The position numbers and the translations under genes were made by a program. DNA of 64,000 bases from Octopus vulgaris (taxonomy: Eukaryota), in NCBI GenBank assembly GCA_951406725.2, contig OX597825.1, positions 57,164,001-57,228,000 on the forward strand. Direction: 5' to 3'. Below are positions 1-12,870 of this stretch, piece after piece; within the stretch, counting starts at the first letter, position 1, and each line of letters begins with the position of its first letter. The notes under the pieces were generated by a model. It was not told the origin of the DNA, ran no database searches, and was given only the letters and a program-made list of their open reading frames with translations.

Positions 1-167
1 GCAATTTCAGGAGGGGAGTAAGTCAAATATATTGACCCCAGTATTTGACAAGTACAAAAGGCAAAGTTGACCCCAGTGGCATTTGTGTTCAGAGCATGAA
101 GCCAGAAGAAATGCAGCTAAGCATTTTGCTCAGAATGGTTAATGGCTCTACGAGCTTGTCACCTTAG
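1..167 (-). mobile_element. tRNA-derived SINE family B (Meta-domain-like), degenerate copy
   Basis: Reverse complement matches the window's repeated GGCGAGCTGGCAGAATCGTTAGC...CTGAGTTCAAAT...CTTTGCCTTT family; lies head-to-head with a + copy at 181-390. Confidence 0.6.
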
Positions 168-180
168 AATTAATATTAGC

Positions 181-390
181 AAGGTTAGTGAGCTGGCAAA
201 AGTGTTTGCTTGTCAGAGAAAATACTTACTGGTATTTCTCCCAACTCATTATGTTCTGAGTTCAAATTCTGCTGTGGTCATTTTTACCTTTCAACTTTCT
301 AGGATCAATAAAATAAAGTAGTAAAGTATTGGTATTGACTACTCCTCTTCCTTCTCAAATCAGCTGGCGTTGTGCTTAAATTAGAAACAA
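181..390 (+). mobile_element. tRNA-derived SINE family B
   Basis: GAGCTGGCAAAAG...TTCTGAGTTCAAATTC (B-box-like)...GCTGGCGTTGTGCTTAAATTAGAAAC tail, as in copies at 17420 and 33672. Confidence 0.6.
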
Positions 391-444
391 TTATCTCTTT
401 GTTGATGATAAGTTAAGGTGCCATATTTAACACTAGAGCCATTA

Positions 445-795
445 ATGTTTGGATCCACTGTGTGGCACCTTAGGCAAGTTTATTCTACTATAGCCATGGG
501 CCGACCAAAGCCTTGTGAGTGGAATTGGTAAACAGAAACTGAAAGACGCCTGTTGTACATATATATATATATATGAGTGTATATATTTATGTATGTGTGT
601 CTGTGTTTGTCCCCCATCATCATTTGACAACTGATGTTGGTATGTTTATGTTTCCATAACTTAGTGGTTCGGCAAAAGAAACTGATAGAATAAGTACTAG
701 GCTTACAAAGAATAAGTCCTGGAGTTGATTTGTTTGACTAAAATCCTTTAATGGCTGCAGTCAAATGACTGAAACGAGTAAAAGAATAAAAGAAT
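445..795 (+). mobile_element. SINE family A (tRNA head, CORE-like ACCTTGGGCAAG centre), 5'-truncated
   Basis: Colinear with the full copy at 39847-40250, including the internal (TA/TG)n and the GACTGAAAC..TAAAAGAATAAAAG tail. Confidence 0.7.
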
Positions 796-2927
796 ATGTT
801 TATAATTGCTTAGTAGAGAGATTAAAGTACAAGACTGCTAGGTTCCAGTCATTAGTAGAAAATTGTAATCTGATTTAAACTCATATTCCCATAAGTACTG
901 TAACCTAACACTTTAAAACCTCCTCACAGCCTGTTTGATTATAATAATATCTGAAACAATCTTTGTTTTTTTCTTTCTTTTTTTTTATTGCAGTAAGAAA
1001 ATGCCATGACAACAGAGACTATAAAAATCATCCTAGATCAATCTTAGACTAACAGATGGCATCAGTATAGAATGTAAGTTAGGTTTCTTCATTATATAAA
1101 TTATCAATCAATGGGGTCACATTGGTGAAATGGTGTTCATCTCAGGAACTGACTTTGATAATTTTATTCTATATCAATGTAGATATGGGCATGATTGGAT
1201 AGGTAAGAAGTTTGCTTTCCGACTTCATGGTTTCAGGATCAGTCCCACTGCATGAAACCTTGGGCAAGTGTCTTCCACTATAGCCCTGAGCTGACCAAAG
1301 CTCTGTATGTGTGCATGTATGGTGGATGAGTGTGTGTGTGTATGTTTGTCTCTGCCCGTCTTGATATTGCATGATAATTATTAATGCATGTCACTAGCAT
1401 ATTAGCAGTGTTATTCATTTCCAACATGCTACAAAAACATGTCTTTATTTGGAATTAGGTGAGAATTGGCAACATGAAGGGCATCTGGTCATAGAAATGG
1501 AGTTTATTTTACAATAAACTCCATTCAGCCCATTCTAGCACTGAAAAAGAGATGTTAAAATGAGGATGATGATGATGATGAGTAAGGACCACAGACTGTA
1601 AGGGACACGGAACTTGTAACAACATTAGCCCTTGTGCCGGTGACACGTAAAAGCACCCACTACACTCTTGGAGTGGTTGGCGTTAGGATGGGCATCCAGC
1701 TGTAGAAACTCTGCCAGATCAGATTGGTGCCTGGCGCAGCCATCTGGTTCACCAGTCCTCTGTCAAATCGTCCAATCCATGCTAACATGGAAAGCGGACG
1801 TTAAATGATGATGGGGCAGTGTTTTGGACTATGGAATGATTGGTGATAGGGAAGATATCTAGTATAAACCATGACAAAAGTATGTCTTCTGTAAAAACAA
1901 ATGATTGATATTTTAGTTTGGTATTGCCTGTCTCAAATGAGGAAGAACCAGGACGAACATGTGACTTGATTCTAAGCTGGAACAGACCCAACAACCCATG
2001 CCAGAATAAATGGAGGTATGATGGTGATGATGATGATTAACTTCATTGTTAGAAATGAAAGATGCTTTGATATTTCTAAATAGAAAGTTTATTTTACAAT
2101 GTCTTGGTTTTTTCCCATCTTTCTTCCTTTATTTATTCTGTACCATAGTAGGGAATTACTTGTGACAGACTGGCTTTCTATCCAGTAGGTAAATTCATCT
2201 TAAATTCACTTACAACTATAGAAACTAAATTTAAGCATGGACTATGTGGAATTTTGTGATTCAAGAAAGGATATGCTTTAAATTATGTATTCTAGACAAA
2301 GAACAAGTTGATTTTTCAGATGTAATGAAGACCTGTGACATATTTAAAATAACATACTAGTAACACAAGTTAATTTAATCAATCGTACCCTCCCAATGGG
2401 CAGAAACATCATTACTTCTGTTTAAAATAATTTTGATGCTTATTTAACTCCAGATCATTCTAAATGAATAGACCTGTAAGCAAAGGAATTCCAACCATGA
2501 CCATCCCTCTTAGGAATGTCTAGAACTAAATTATCAATTGTCTTCTTTTTCAGGATAGTAGGGTTTGACTTGAAGGACATTTGGCTACTATTTCTAGCAG
2601 GTTAAGCTATAGCTTATTAGGTTTCTTGTTAGCTTGAATTACTTGTTGAGGTGAGGAAAAGATTAAAATTTAACATAGTTATGTCCCCTTCCCATTTTTG
2701 ATATAGGTTGGATTGGATATCAAAGTCCAAGTCAGTTCTCATTTGGAGTTACTGCCCTTCTAGACAGGTTGGGAAACCCCAACTTGCTTATATGTTTTAT
2801 TTTTGGGAGCATTTCTACTACAGCTGGATACCCTTCTCATAGCAGCCACTTTAGAAAGAGCATATATATATATATATAAAGGGTAAAATACCACAAGGAT
2901 GAAGGTTATCAGGCTTTAATAGTAGAT

Positions 2928-3075
2928 CACACAACATTTGTTTCTACACTGCACGCCAGCTTTGAATTGCTGAGTTTATATTCATATACCATTACAGAAG
3001 ATTGTTCTTTAAAATTATCATAAAACATTTGAATATTTTTCAGCAACAGCTGTGTATAGGTTCTTCATCAAGTGG
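2928..3075 (-). ncRNA. Degenerate hammerhead-like motif with long stem II in a Penelope-type fragment
   Basis: Minus strand reads CAC-TTGATGA-AG...(~120 nt)...GAAA-CAAATG-TT-GTG; the fragment begins next to (TA)n at 2862-2878. Confidence 0.35.
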
Positions 3076-3509
3076 AATAAATAAATAAATGTGTGTGTGT
3101 GTTCTGAGGCTTGGCTGAGCACATATGTGTGGTTAAAAAGCTTGCTTCTCAACCATGTGGTCTTGCTTCAACCCAACTGCATGGCACTTTGGAGAAGTGT
3201 CATCTACTATAGACTTGGGTCAACCACAGCTTTGCAAATGGCTTTGGTAGATGGAAATTGAAAGAAAATGATGAGTTTATTTGTGTGTGTGTGTCTGTGT
3301 AGGATGTTGCATAAGCACCCAGCTCTGAGAGCTCTACTTCTTGTAGCAAAAGCAGCTGTAAGCTAATGGTGATTACGTAACTCCTGTTCTTTTGTCATTC
3401 ATTGATATTATGCCTTGTTTTCACATGACACTATACTCAAAAGCATAAGTATAGTGAGTTCTAACAACTGGTTATTAGTATTGCTACACCCATGCAAAAT
3501 AATATATAT

Positions 3510-4880
3510 GTCATCATCATCATCGTTTAACATCCATCTTCCATGCATGCATGGGTAGGACAGATGACAGGAACCATCCAGGTAGAAAAACTACCCCAGG
3601 CTATTGTGTCTGTTTTGGCAGGGATTTTATGGCTGGATGTCCTTCCTAACACTAACCACTCTGCAGAGTGGACTCAGTGCTTTTTATGTGACACTAGCAC
3701 AGGTGAAGTTAGTTTTGGCATGATTTTTGCAGCTGGATGCCCTTCCAAACACCAACCACATTACAGTGTGGACTGGATGTTTTTAACATGGCACCAGCAC
3801 TGGCAGGGTAACCAAGTAACTCACAAGATAAGGGATTATGAGAGGGGCAGGACATTTGAGAAATGGAACTTGTGTCAGAAGATGAAAGGTTAGAGTGTAA
3901 CAAAGACACAGAGACAGAAGCAGGTGTCTTGTCACAGCAGGGAGGGCATCAGAGGTGATCCAGTGTGATGAATGTTTAGAGTGTAACAGAGAAATAGAGA
4001 GGCAGAAATAGATGTCTTGCTATAGAGGAGGTACATGGTTACCCAGTGAGAGAGAGGTAGAAGAAAGAGGCTAGAAATAAGTATGCTGATGGAAAGGAGA
4101 TACTTGGATACCTAGACAGAGGAAAAACAGAAGGAGAGAGAGAGTGTGTCAGAAACGGCAAAAATGTAAGAGAGAGTAGAAGAGAGATGATGTAGTTCTA
4201 GGGTATACTCACAACCAACAAGAATATGTGCTTAGAACCTGGTTAGAAAAATAGGTGTGAGTGTGGGTGTTGGGGGTGTATGGAGCAGCGATAGAGTGAA
4301 CAGGGCAGTGAGGGCAAGAAAGGGGATTGAAAATCAATCATAATTTATGAAGAGGAAATGCAAGGAAAAGAAAGATACAGTTAGAAGAGGAATTGTAATT
4401 CGATTTTTTAAGGTAGAGTGGGTGAAAATGTGTTGTTACATGTGGGTGGGACACAACTCTTCCAGCACCTAGTTTTGTGGACAGGTCTTCTCTAGAACCT
4501 CATATCACCAAACATCTCGGTCCACTGTCATTTCCTCTGATCATCCTAAGATCAGTCCTCACCACTTCATCCCATGTCTTCCTGTGTCTTCTTCTTCCAC
4601 GGGTACCATCCACTTTCAGCGACAGACACTTCTGTATACAGCTGTCTTCATTGATATACATCACATGTCCAAACCAATGCATTCTCCTCCCCTGCATACC
4701 ACATTTAATTTCTCTTATGCCCAACTTTTCTCTGAACACAGCTGTGCTTTGTCGGTCATGCACTCTGATGTTGCAAATCCAACGGAACATACTACCTTCA
4801 TTCCTCTCCAGCCTACATTATGTCCTCTGCAGTCAGCACCCTTGTTTCACTAACATTCTCACATAATCATCATACAATCT
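3510..4880 (-). mobile_element. RTE LINE 3' remnant with long GA-rich (element-strand CT-rich) 3' UTR
   Basis: ORF 4500-4790 ends GTRGRRRHRKTWDEVVRTDL (RTE C-terminus); conserved RTE tail plus (CAT)n at 3510-3800. Confidence 0.7.
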
Positions 4881-5829
4881 GTGTGTGCATATTTGTGTGT
4901 ACTCTTGTCTAGACATCACATGATGGTTTGTAAATGAGCATCACCATCATACAAGCCAGGATGTTCATTTCCAATCATCATCATCATCATCATCATCATT
5001 TATCATCCATTTTCCAAGTTGGCATGGGTTAGAAGGTTTGACTGGAGCTAGTAAGGCCAAGGACCACACCAGTTTTCATTTGTCTGTTCTGGCATGGTTT
5101 CTACAGCTGGATGTCCTTCCTAATGCCAACCACTCCATAGCATGTACTGGGTGATTTTAATGTTGCACCAACAGGAGTGGTTTTTATGTACTTGGAGTTT
5201 GTTGACTTAGAGATACCTTTTGACAGAGTACCCTCCTGTGTGATATAGTGGTCTCTGACGAAGTTAGGCTTGTGAAAACCATACAAGCCATGTTAACCAT
5301 GAGTGAAATACATAGGAAAATATTATTTTGCTTGGAAACAAGTGAGGATTGGCAATAGGAATGGCATCTTGCCATATAAAATCTGCTGCAAAGAATTCTG
5401 TCTGATCCATATGACTGATGTTGGTGTGTTTATGTCCCCATAACTTAGTGGTTTGGCAAAAGAGACCAACAGAATAAGTACCAGGCTTAAAAAAAAGTCC
5501 TGAAGTCAATTTCTTTGACAAAATTCCTTCAAGGTAGTGCCCCAGCATGGCTGCAGTTAAATGACTAAAACAAATGTAAGATGAAAGAACACACATACAC
5601 ACATATATATGCATACATACAAGGTGTCCATAAATTACCTATACAATTCGGAAAATTCAGAAAAAAATTTAAAATAAGGATAGCTCAGCAGAGTTGAATA
5701 GAAAACACATGCAAACAAATAAAGTTTTATTAGGAACATCAGAACACTTCCATATGGGCTCCATTGGTTGCACATAATAAATAGTTACAATAAATTGTGC
5801 AAGCTGTAAGGATAATTTATGGATATATA

Positions 5830-7073
5830 TATCATCATCATCATTGTTTAACACCAACCACTCCATGAGTGTAGTGGGTGCTTTTTATGTGTCACCGACA
5901 CAGGTGCCAGACGAGGCTGGCGAACGGCCACGATCGGATGGTGTTTGTTACGTGCCACCAGCACGGAGGCCAGTCGATACGGTGCTGGCTACGGCCATGT
6001 TCGGATGGTTCTCTTATGTGCCACCGGCACTGGTACCACAACTACAATTTCATTGATGTTGATCGATTTCGATTTTGATTTGATTTTTGATTTTCACTTA
6101 CCTCAACGGATCTTCACAAGTAGAGTTATGTGTCACAAGAAGGAAGGTATGCACAGGTGGACTGACTTACACCCCAGGTAGGGGCCACAGGTTATGGCCT
6201 CACTTGTCCTGCCGGGTCTTCTCATGCACAGCATACTTCCAAAGGTCTCGGTCTCTGGTCATTTCCTTGGTGAGACCTAAAGAGCGAAGGTCGTGCTTCA
6301 CCACCTCGTCCCAGGTTTTCCTGGGTCTACCTCTTCCACAGGTTCCCTCAACCGCTAGAGTGTGGCACTTTTTCACACAACTATCTTCATCCATTCTTAA
6401 CACATGACCATACCAGCGTAGACATCTCTCTTGCACACCACAACTGATGCTTCTTAGGTCCAACTTTTCTCTCAAGGCACTTACACTCTGTCGGGTATGA
6501 ACACTGACATTACACATCCATCGGAGCATACTGGCTTCATTTCTTGCAAGCTTACGCATATCCTCAGCAGTCACAGCCCATGTTTCACTACCATGTAGCA
6601 TGGCTGTTCATACACATGCGTCATACAGTCTGCCTTTTATTCTGAGCGACAGGCCTTTTGTCACCAGCAGAGGTAAGAGCTCTCTGAACTTTGCCCAGGC
6701 TATTCTTACTCTAGCAGTTACACTTTCAGCACACCCGCCCCCGCTACTGACTTGATCACCGAGGTAATGGAAACTATCAACTATTTCTGCGCATTTTCAG
6801 TCTTTATTGCACCAGAGCATCTGCCACATACAAAAACTATATTCCTAGTTAGCCTTCCTTTGACATTGCTGCACCTCTTATGTGTCCATAGCTTACACTT
6901 GGTGCATCTTATAGAGTTCCTACCTACGCCTTTTCTACAGATCGAGCAGGGCCATCCACCTGAAGGCGTTTGTGATTTGTCTACCTTCCTACTTATTAGG
7001 ACTTTGGTTTTAGCTAGGTTGACTCTAAGGCCCTTCGATTCTAATCCTTGCTTCCACGTCTGAAACTTCTCCT
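5830..7073 (-). mobile_element. 5'-truncated RTE LINE with small internal deletions
   Basis: ORFs 6781-7110 and 6200-6601 closely resemble the copy at 13699-15317 (MLHGSETW, GRGRPRKTW); 3' UTR repeats and (GAT)n tail present. Confidence 0.9.
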
Positions 7074-7414
7074 CATATATATAGATAGATAGATATATCA
7101 TCAACATCATAATTTAACATCTGTTTTCCACACTGACATGGTACAGTTGGTTTGATCAGAGTTGGTAAGGCCAGGGGCTGCATCAGACTCCGTTGTCTGT
7201 TCTCACAGGATCTCTATGGCTGGATACTCATCCTAATGCCAACCATTTTACAGCATGTACTGGAGGCTTTTTATGTGGCACCAGCACTGGTATCAATTCT
7301 ATTGTGGTGAATGGGTCTTCTTGAGTACAGCAAGGCACCATATATACATACATGCACACATACATATATACATATGCACTTTCATTTTTCTTTTCTTTCT
7401 TTTTTTTTGGACAG

Positions 7415-7538
7415 AAATTTCCTGCACACTTTGTTGTATCAAGAGTGTGCTGTTGAAGATGGTGCCGCCAGGAAGCATATTGTTTATTTCTTATCTATCT
7501 ATGGGTTTGACCCATCCCTTACACTGCAATGTGAAAAG
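7415..7538 (+). other. Candidate isolated host coding exon
   Basis: Long polypyrimidine tract ending GGACAG at 7414; open, non-repetitive frame NFLHTLLYQECAVEDGAARKHIVYFLSIYGFDPSLTLQCEK; only weak GT donors (7531 or 7539). Confidence 0.35.
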
Positions 7539-7913
7539 GTGCTCAGGAATAAAAAGGCAAAAAAAAAAAATACAGATAAAAACAATATTCATTTGCTCAG
7601 ATAAAAAATGTTTAAATTAAGACACAAAATGACAATATATTTTTGTATGTAGATTTTTAATGGCTGAAACAAAAACTTTTTATTATTTGAAACCTTTGAA
7701 GAAATATTATTGAAAGAAAAGAGTAGATTTGATATGACTGTGCTATAAGCATTAGTTTCTAATAGTTTGGAATTTTGTAGAGCAACAGACAAAATACATT
7801 GCTGTTCTTTACATTCTGTGTTCTAATCCTACCCAAGGCTGAACTTTGTGCTTCATCTTTCCACTGCTGATAAACTATAGTACCAGTCAAATACTAGGGA
7901 GAATGATCTATAT

Positions 7914-8267
7914 CGGTGGTTCTGAACCAGGGGTTCATATGGTTCCCAAGGGCCCATGTAAAATTTTGTGGGGTCCATGCAAGAAAATAGTAAATTTAGG
8001 ATCCACAATAGTATTTTAAGGAACCCTGAAAAAAATTTGCTCATGTTGTATGAACTGGTATGTATTGCAAGAAACAGCTAAGTTTCTTTCTTTAACTTTT
8101 TACATAGTTCATCCTAGAGAAGTTAATATGTGAAAAACAAAATAAGAATTTTGAAAGAAGTTTCTAAAAAACTAATTCTTCAGCATTGAATAGCTATGGG
8201 GGTCTACCAGAGTAAAATAGTTATCAAAGGGGTCCACAGATAAAAAAAAAATGGTGGAGAGTCCCTG
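7914..8267. mobile_element. hAT (Charlie-like) MITE
   Basis: Degenerate TIRs CGGTGGTTCTGAACC / GGTGGAGAGTCCCTG; perfect 8-bp TSD ATCTATAT at 7906-7913 and 8268-8275. Confidence 0.8.
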
Positions 8268-9164
8268 ATCTATATAGTCAACTGAATCTCTCCTTTCAAA
8301 ATTTCTGGTCTTGTGTCTTTAACCGTTATAATGTTGGAATCTTGAAAATAAAAAAAAAAAACAATAACAACCAATGTAATGTGTGTACGTCTTTGTTTTC
8401 CTTCTAATTTTGCCATCTTGTTCACCACCATCATCATCATCTACATTGTCATTGATATCATAATTTTTTTTTTTCCCAGTTTTTTCCCTTTTCACTTTTA
8501 TGGTTTACATAGTTCTGTCATATAAATACCAATTTCGCAATAGCCCTGCTCTTGATAACTTTGCTCAACTCCCAAGGTTCTTGTGTGAATAAATAGGAAC
8601 TACTTAATTCTTTGCTTCTTTTTTTTTTTATGTTTTCTTGTGGATGTTTTCTGTTCTTAATTGTTTGTTGTCCCAATTTCTTTTTACCTTTTACTCTTTC
8701 TCCTCTCTTCTCTCACTTACTCCCTTTCTTTCTCTCTCTCTCTCTCCCGCCTTTTTGTGTGCCTGTTTACTGCCTACTTAAATACCTATCTACAAATCTT
8801 CTACTCTTATGCTTAACCATTCTTATCAACAGTACACTCTGGGTCTCCTTTCACGTTCAACATCTGATGCCCCAAATTTCAAACTTTGTGTTTCTTATCT
8901 CACATCTGCTGGAATTCCTACTTAATATTAGTGTAGACCCCCAGCATTCACCATTCCAGTTCAACATCTCTTTGTACATCTTGTTTACCATTAACTGTGC
9001 ATCCACTTGTTTAACCTTTTCAAAATCAATCTGCTCCATAAAGTTTGGTCAGAAAGCTTGATTCCTCTCGCTTGCTTCTTTATATTCCAGCATTAATTAA
9101 TAATAACACTTTTGTTCTATCCTTTTTTCATTGAAATCATAACTATAGTTAAAAGGAAGGGCTT

Positions 9165-9600
9165 ATCATAAGTCACTTGCTGTGTGGACAGTTGAAATGA
9201 TCTACTTGTGATAGTCAGTTATTATATAAACACAGTTGATACCACAAGATTTATGATGAAATTATTGCTATAGCAACAAATAGCTGATGTGATCACATTT
9301 ATGATAAGTCTTGTTATGTAAGATGCTGATGTGATCTCATTTGTGATAAGTCTTTTGTTATGTAAGCAGTTGATATGATCACATCTGTGATGAGTCTTTT
9401 GCTACAGAAACAACAGTGCACAAGATCTTCTCAGTGTTCAGTCTGTTGCTATAGAAACAAGCAGTTCACATGTTCACACCTACAATATGTCTGTTGCCAT
9501 TGAGAAAACAGTTTACAAGATAACTATGATAAGTTTGTTGTTACTGAAACAAACAGTTGACATAACCGTGAATGCCTCTGCTCATCTGAAACAATAAACA
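9165..9600. repeat. Degenerate ~42-48 bp minisatellite (about 9-10 units)
   Basis: Recurring CAGTTGATnTGATCACATTTnTGATAAGTCTnTTGCTATAGAAAC-like unit. Confidence 0.7.
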
Positions 9601-9649
9601 ATACTTCTTCTTACATTCAATGAAAAGCTACTAGCCATCTAGTTAGTCT

Positions 9650-12600
9650 GTTATATATAAATAAACATGGCTGGAATTTTTTTTACATATAATGTGAGGT
9701 GTTCCCAGTGTCTTGTCCATTCTGACCAGCTAAAAAAAATTATCACTGATAGCTTGATTGTTAGCTTACTTGTATATTCTTCATCAAATAGGATGACATC
9801 AGCTTGCACATGCTTGAGAATAAAACGTTGCATGTAGTTTGATGGCCATCACATGTTTTTGCTGTTACCATGCTGCCTCTTTTCAACATGACTATGTATA
9901 GGTTTATATGTAAGGTATGAACAATTTATTTCTGGAAAGTTTCATGAACATGCAGTTGCATAGGGTTTAGTGAAGATATCTGGGTGTATCACTGCTGGTT
10001 TATTTATGTTTTCATTTCAGGGGTGTGCAGAATTGAATAGGAATGGAAGTTTCAGGATGAGGGACATCAGGTAAACTAACATTCATCTCCTCCCAGTAAG
10101 GGCATTCAAAGGAACTCTTAGGTGTATAGAGAATCATTCTCATACTGGCAGTCACTAAGGTGACTGTATCTTCCAGTTCTTGCTTTCTGGAGTACTTGCA
10201 TAAATATAGTTATTTGTTGTCTTCATGAAATGCTTGGTTTCACTATGAGCTTTTGGTCAAATGGGTAGGGGTGGGGGTAACCTTCTTATGATGAAATTCA
10301 GATTGAACAATGAAGTATTGATTTGGGAAAGGAGGCTGAATGACATTGATGTTATCTCTATTGAGAGATTGTGTTAGATAAAGATGGAATTCAGATGGAA
10401 AAAAAAATAACAGTTCTTGCTGATGTTGATGGAAACATTTCATTTCTTGAAAAATTGTTGAATTTGTCAATGACGACCATTCATATATTTACCAGACAAA
10501 AATGGACCTTGAGAAATCTAGAAGAATTTTAGATGATGGAACAGAGGGGAAATTGATTAGGGTGAATGGGTTCATAATGGAGTGTGATAGGATTCGAAGC
10601 TTGACATAGAATACAAGTCTGGACAGTTTCTTCCACCATTTTATCAATGCTCAGAACTAAAACCTTTTCCGAGGCAAGCTGCTTCATCTTTAGACTATTC
10701 TGGTGTTTATGATGTGTAATGTCGGTGATCTGTTTTTACATCTATGATAGAATTATTAAATGATGGTCTTGAAGAATGATACCACTTGATATGAGTAGTT
10801 AGCCTTCAAACAGGACAAAAGTGGAGAGTCTAGGTCTTGCTATTATTTGCAAGACTGAATCTCAAACATGAGCTTTTGTAGTTGAAAGTCTTGCTATGTA
10901 ACCATTCTGACTACTTCTAGAGTCTATATCTTTGGAAATGCATTAAGCCTGCCTTCAAGCTTATCTATTATATAAAATCCCTTCTGTCTATTTGTGTGTG
11001 TGTCTTCTAGGATCTCGGGCATCCTCCATCTGATTGCGCTCAAATTTGAAAAAATTACAAAAATCAATTCCAGGAGAGAATGCGATCGATAAAGCCGTGG
11101 GAACGTGCATTTGTACGTGCAAGTACATCAGCTGTTGTGATCGATACTATGTGTACGCAAGAAAAATGCACATGCACTTGGCATGAAGGAAGGAAAGATT
11201 TAGTTTCTCAAGTTTTTTTTTTGCCATAACTTCGTTCAACAAAACCAAAATTTTTATTGACATAAAGGCATGCTTAATTATTTTTTAATGAAAAGAAAAC
11301 ACTGATTGCTTTTTATTCAGCAGATATGATTCAGCACCATCAATTGGATGGGGGGCGTTTAGCTCGTATCACATATAGCTTGATTTTTATCATGAACTGT
11401 GATGTCATTGGAAGGATTCTTGACATCTGGAGCATCACAGAGACTTGCAACTGTTTTTTAGATCTTAGGTGCTGTGTTTACACTGTATAGCAATCTTTTG
11501 TACTGATACCACTCTATGTATGTGGTTATATACCAATATGATTCTTCCATCTCTATCCAACTTGCTGAAGGCAGTAAATGAGTTTAGGTCAGCAATGATG
11601 TCAACAACAGGTGTCTTACAATGTTCTCACTTTGAATGGTCTCATTCACTTTTTGTATGTCAATGGCCAACTTTTACTGTTCTTTTTTCTCAGAGAATCA
11701 CTACCACAGGATCCACCCAGGGTGTGGGACCTAAATCCTTTCAATGAAATCTGTTTTAAGCATGTATTTTGTTTCATGTATGAATGGAGGAACAGAAAAG
11801 TCAATATATAATTTGATTTTGACCCCAGAAATTTTCCCCAGAGAATTAGTCAGGCATAGTGGAGGATGAGAAAGTAAAGTGAATGGTTAAAGCTTTGTGA
11901 TATTTCAGTTTAGGGTGGAGACCACTAATATCTATAACAATGTTGTTTGTGTATGACTATTGGTCCTTGTATACAATATCTGCATTAAAAATTCACAGAC
12001 AATGGGAACCTGTGTAAAATCATATGCTTAGTTCTGAGTTGAATGTTTCCAAACTTTATCTGCTTTCATAGCCATGCCCTGTTAAAGTGCTGAGGTTGAC
12101 ATTAGTATCAACTGAGACCTCTGATGTAAGCAGTAGTGGCAAGAATGTATGTATGTATATGTGTGAATACTGATTTGTTACTGGATGAAGATGTCTTCAT
12201 CTTATCGTTTATCTTATCAGGCTCAGGAATATGAGAAAAATTATGCCTTGCCCTAGACAGATAAGCAAGAATATTCACTTTATGGCAGCTTCTGCACTTT
12301 TCCCCTTATCTGGACCAGGGGCCACTAAAGTAGCAACAAACAGCTGTTCCCATAGGACCTGTTGGAGCCATACTATGACACAAACACAGCCACCTTTTGA
12401 ACTCTCCTTGCTTCTGGAATCATTTGAACAGCAGAAACTTGTAAAAAGTTTCTGCTGTGACTGGATTCAAATCAGCTGTATAAAATATTGATAGCACCAC
12501 AGCCACAGCTCTTGCTTCTTCAGGAACTTGCTTCAGGAAATAATTATTTTCTCAGTTTTTTTATTTTTATGGTTGTCCCTTGTACAAATACAACCTGTGT

Positions 12601-12870
12601 AAAACTTCTCTGTTGACATTGAGTAACACTCACTTTGCAACTAAAAAACACCACTTTATACAGGAAGAGTCTATACTTTCCTCTGGGCCCTCTGTAGCTG
12701 ATTGAATTGTTTCATAGGAATTGATTTACCTCAATGCAGAATCAGTACTTTGCAGAGAGGATCCAGGTTGGCCAATTGGCATGGACTTACAATTTTGAGG
12801 GGACTTTCTCCTGCTAGTTTCTAGCAATGTGAAGACCCTTTGATATAGAATTATCCTTTTTTTTAAATAT
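9650..12870 (-). mobile_element. Highly decayed Ty3/Gypsy gag-pol remnant, interrupted at ~10963-11930
   Basis: Minus strand ~10595-10711 gives HKHQNSLKMKQLASEKVLVLSIDKMVEETVQTCILCQAS (integrase HHCC-like); ~12260-12306 gives GEKCRSCHKVN (gag knuckle-like). Boundaries approximate. Confidence 0.55.
10963..11930 (+). mobile_element. Putative non-autonomous Helitron-like insertion
   Basis: Starts A|TCTATTATATAAAA..CTGTCT..(GT)n..GATTGCGCTCAAATTTG, resembling Helitron-derived short elements; 3' end uncertain. Confidence 0.35.

Noticed and set aside
10021-10070. 50-bp exon-like segment (TTTCAG...CAG|GTAAAC)
   Set aside because: Lies antisense within the Gypsy remnant and has no other support.
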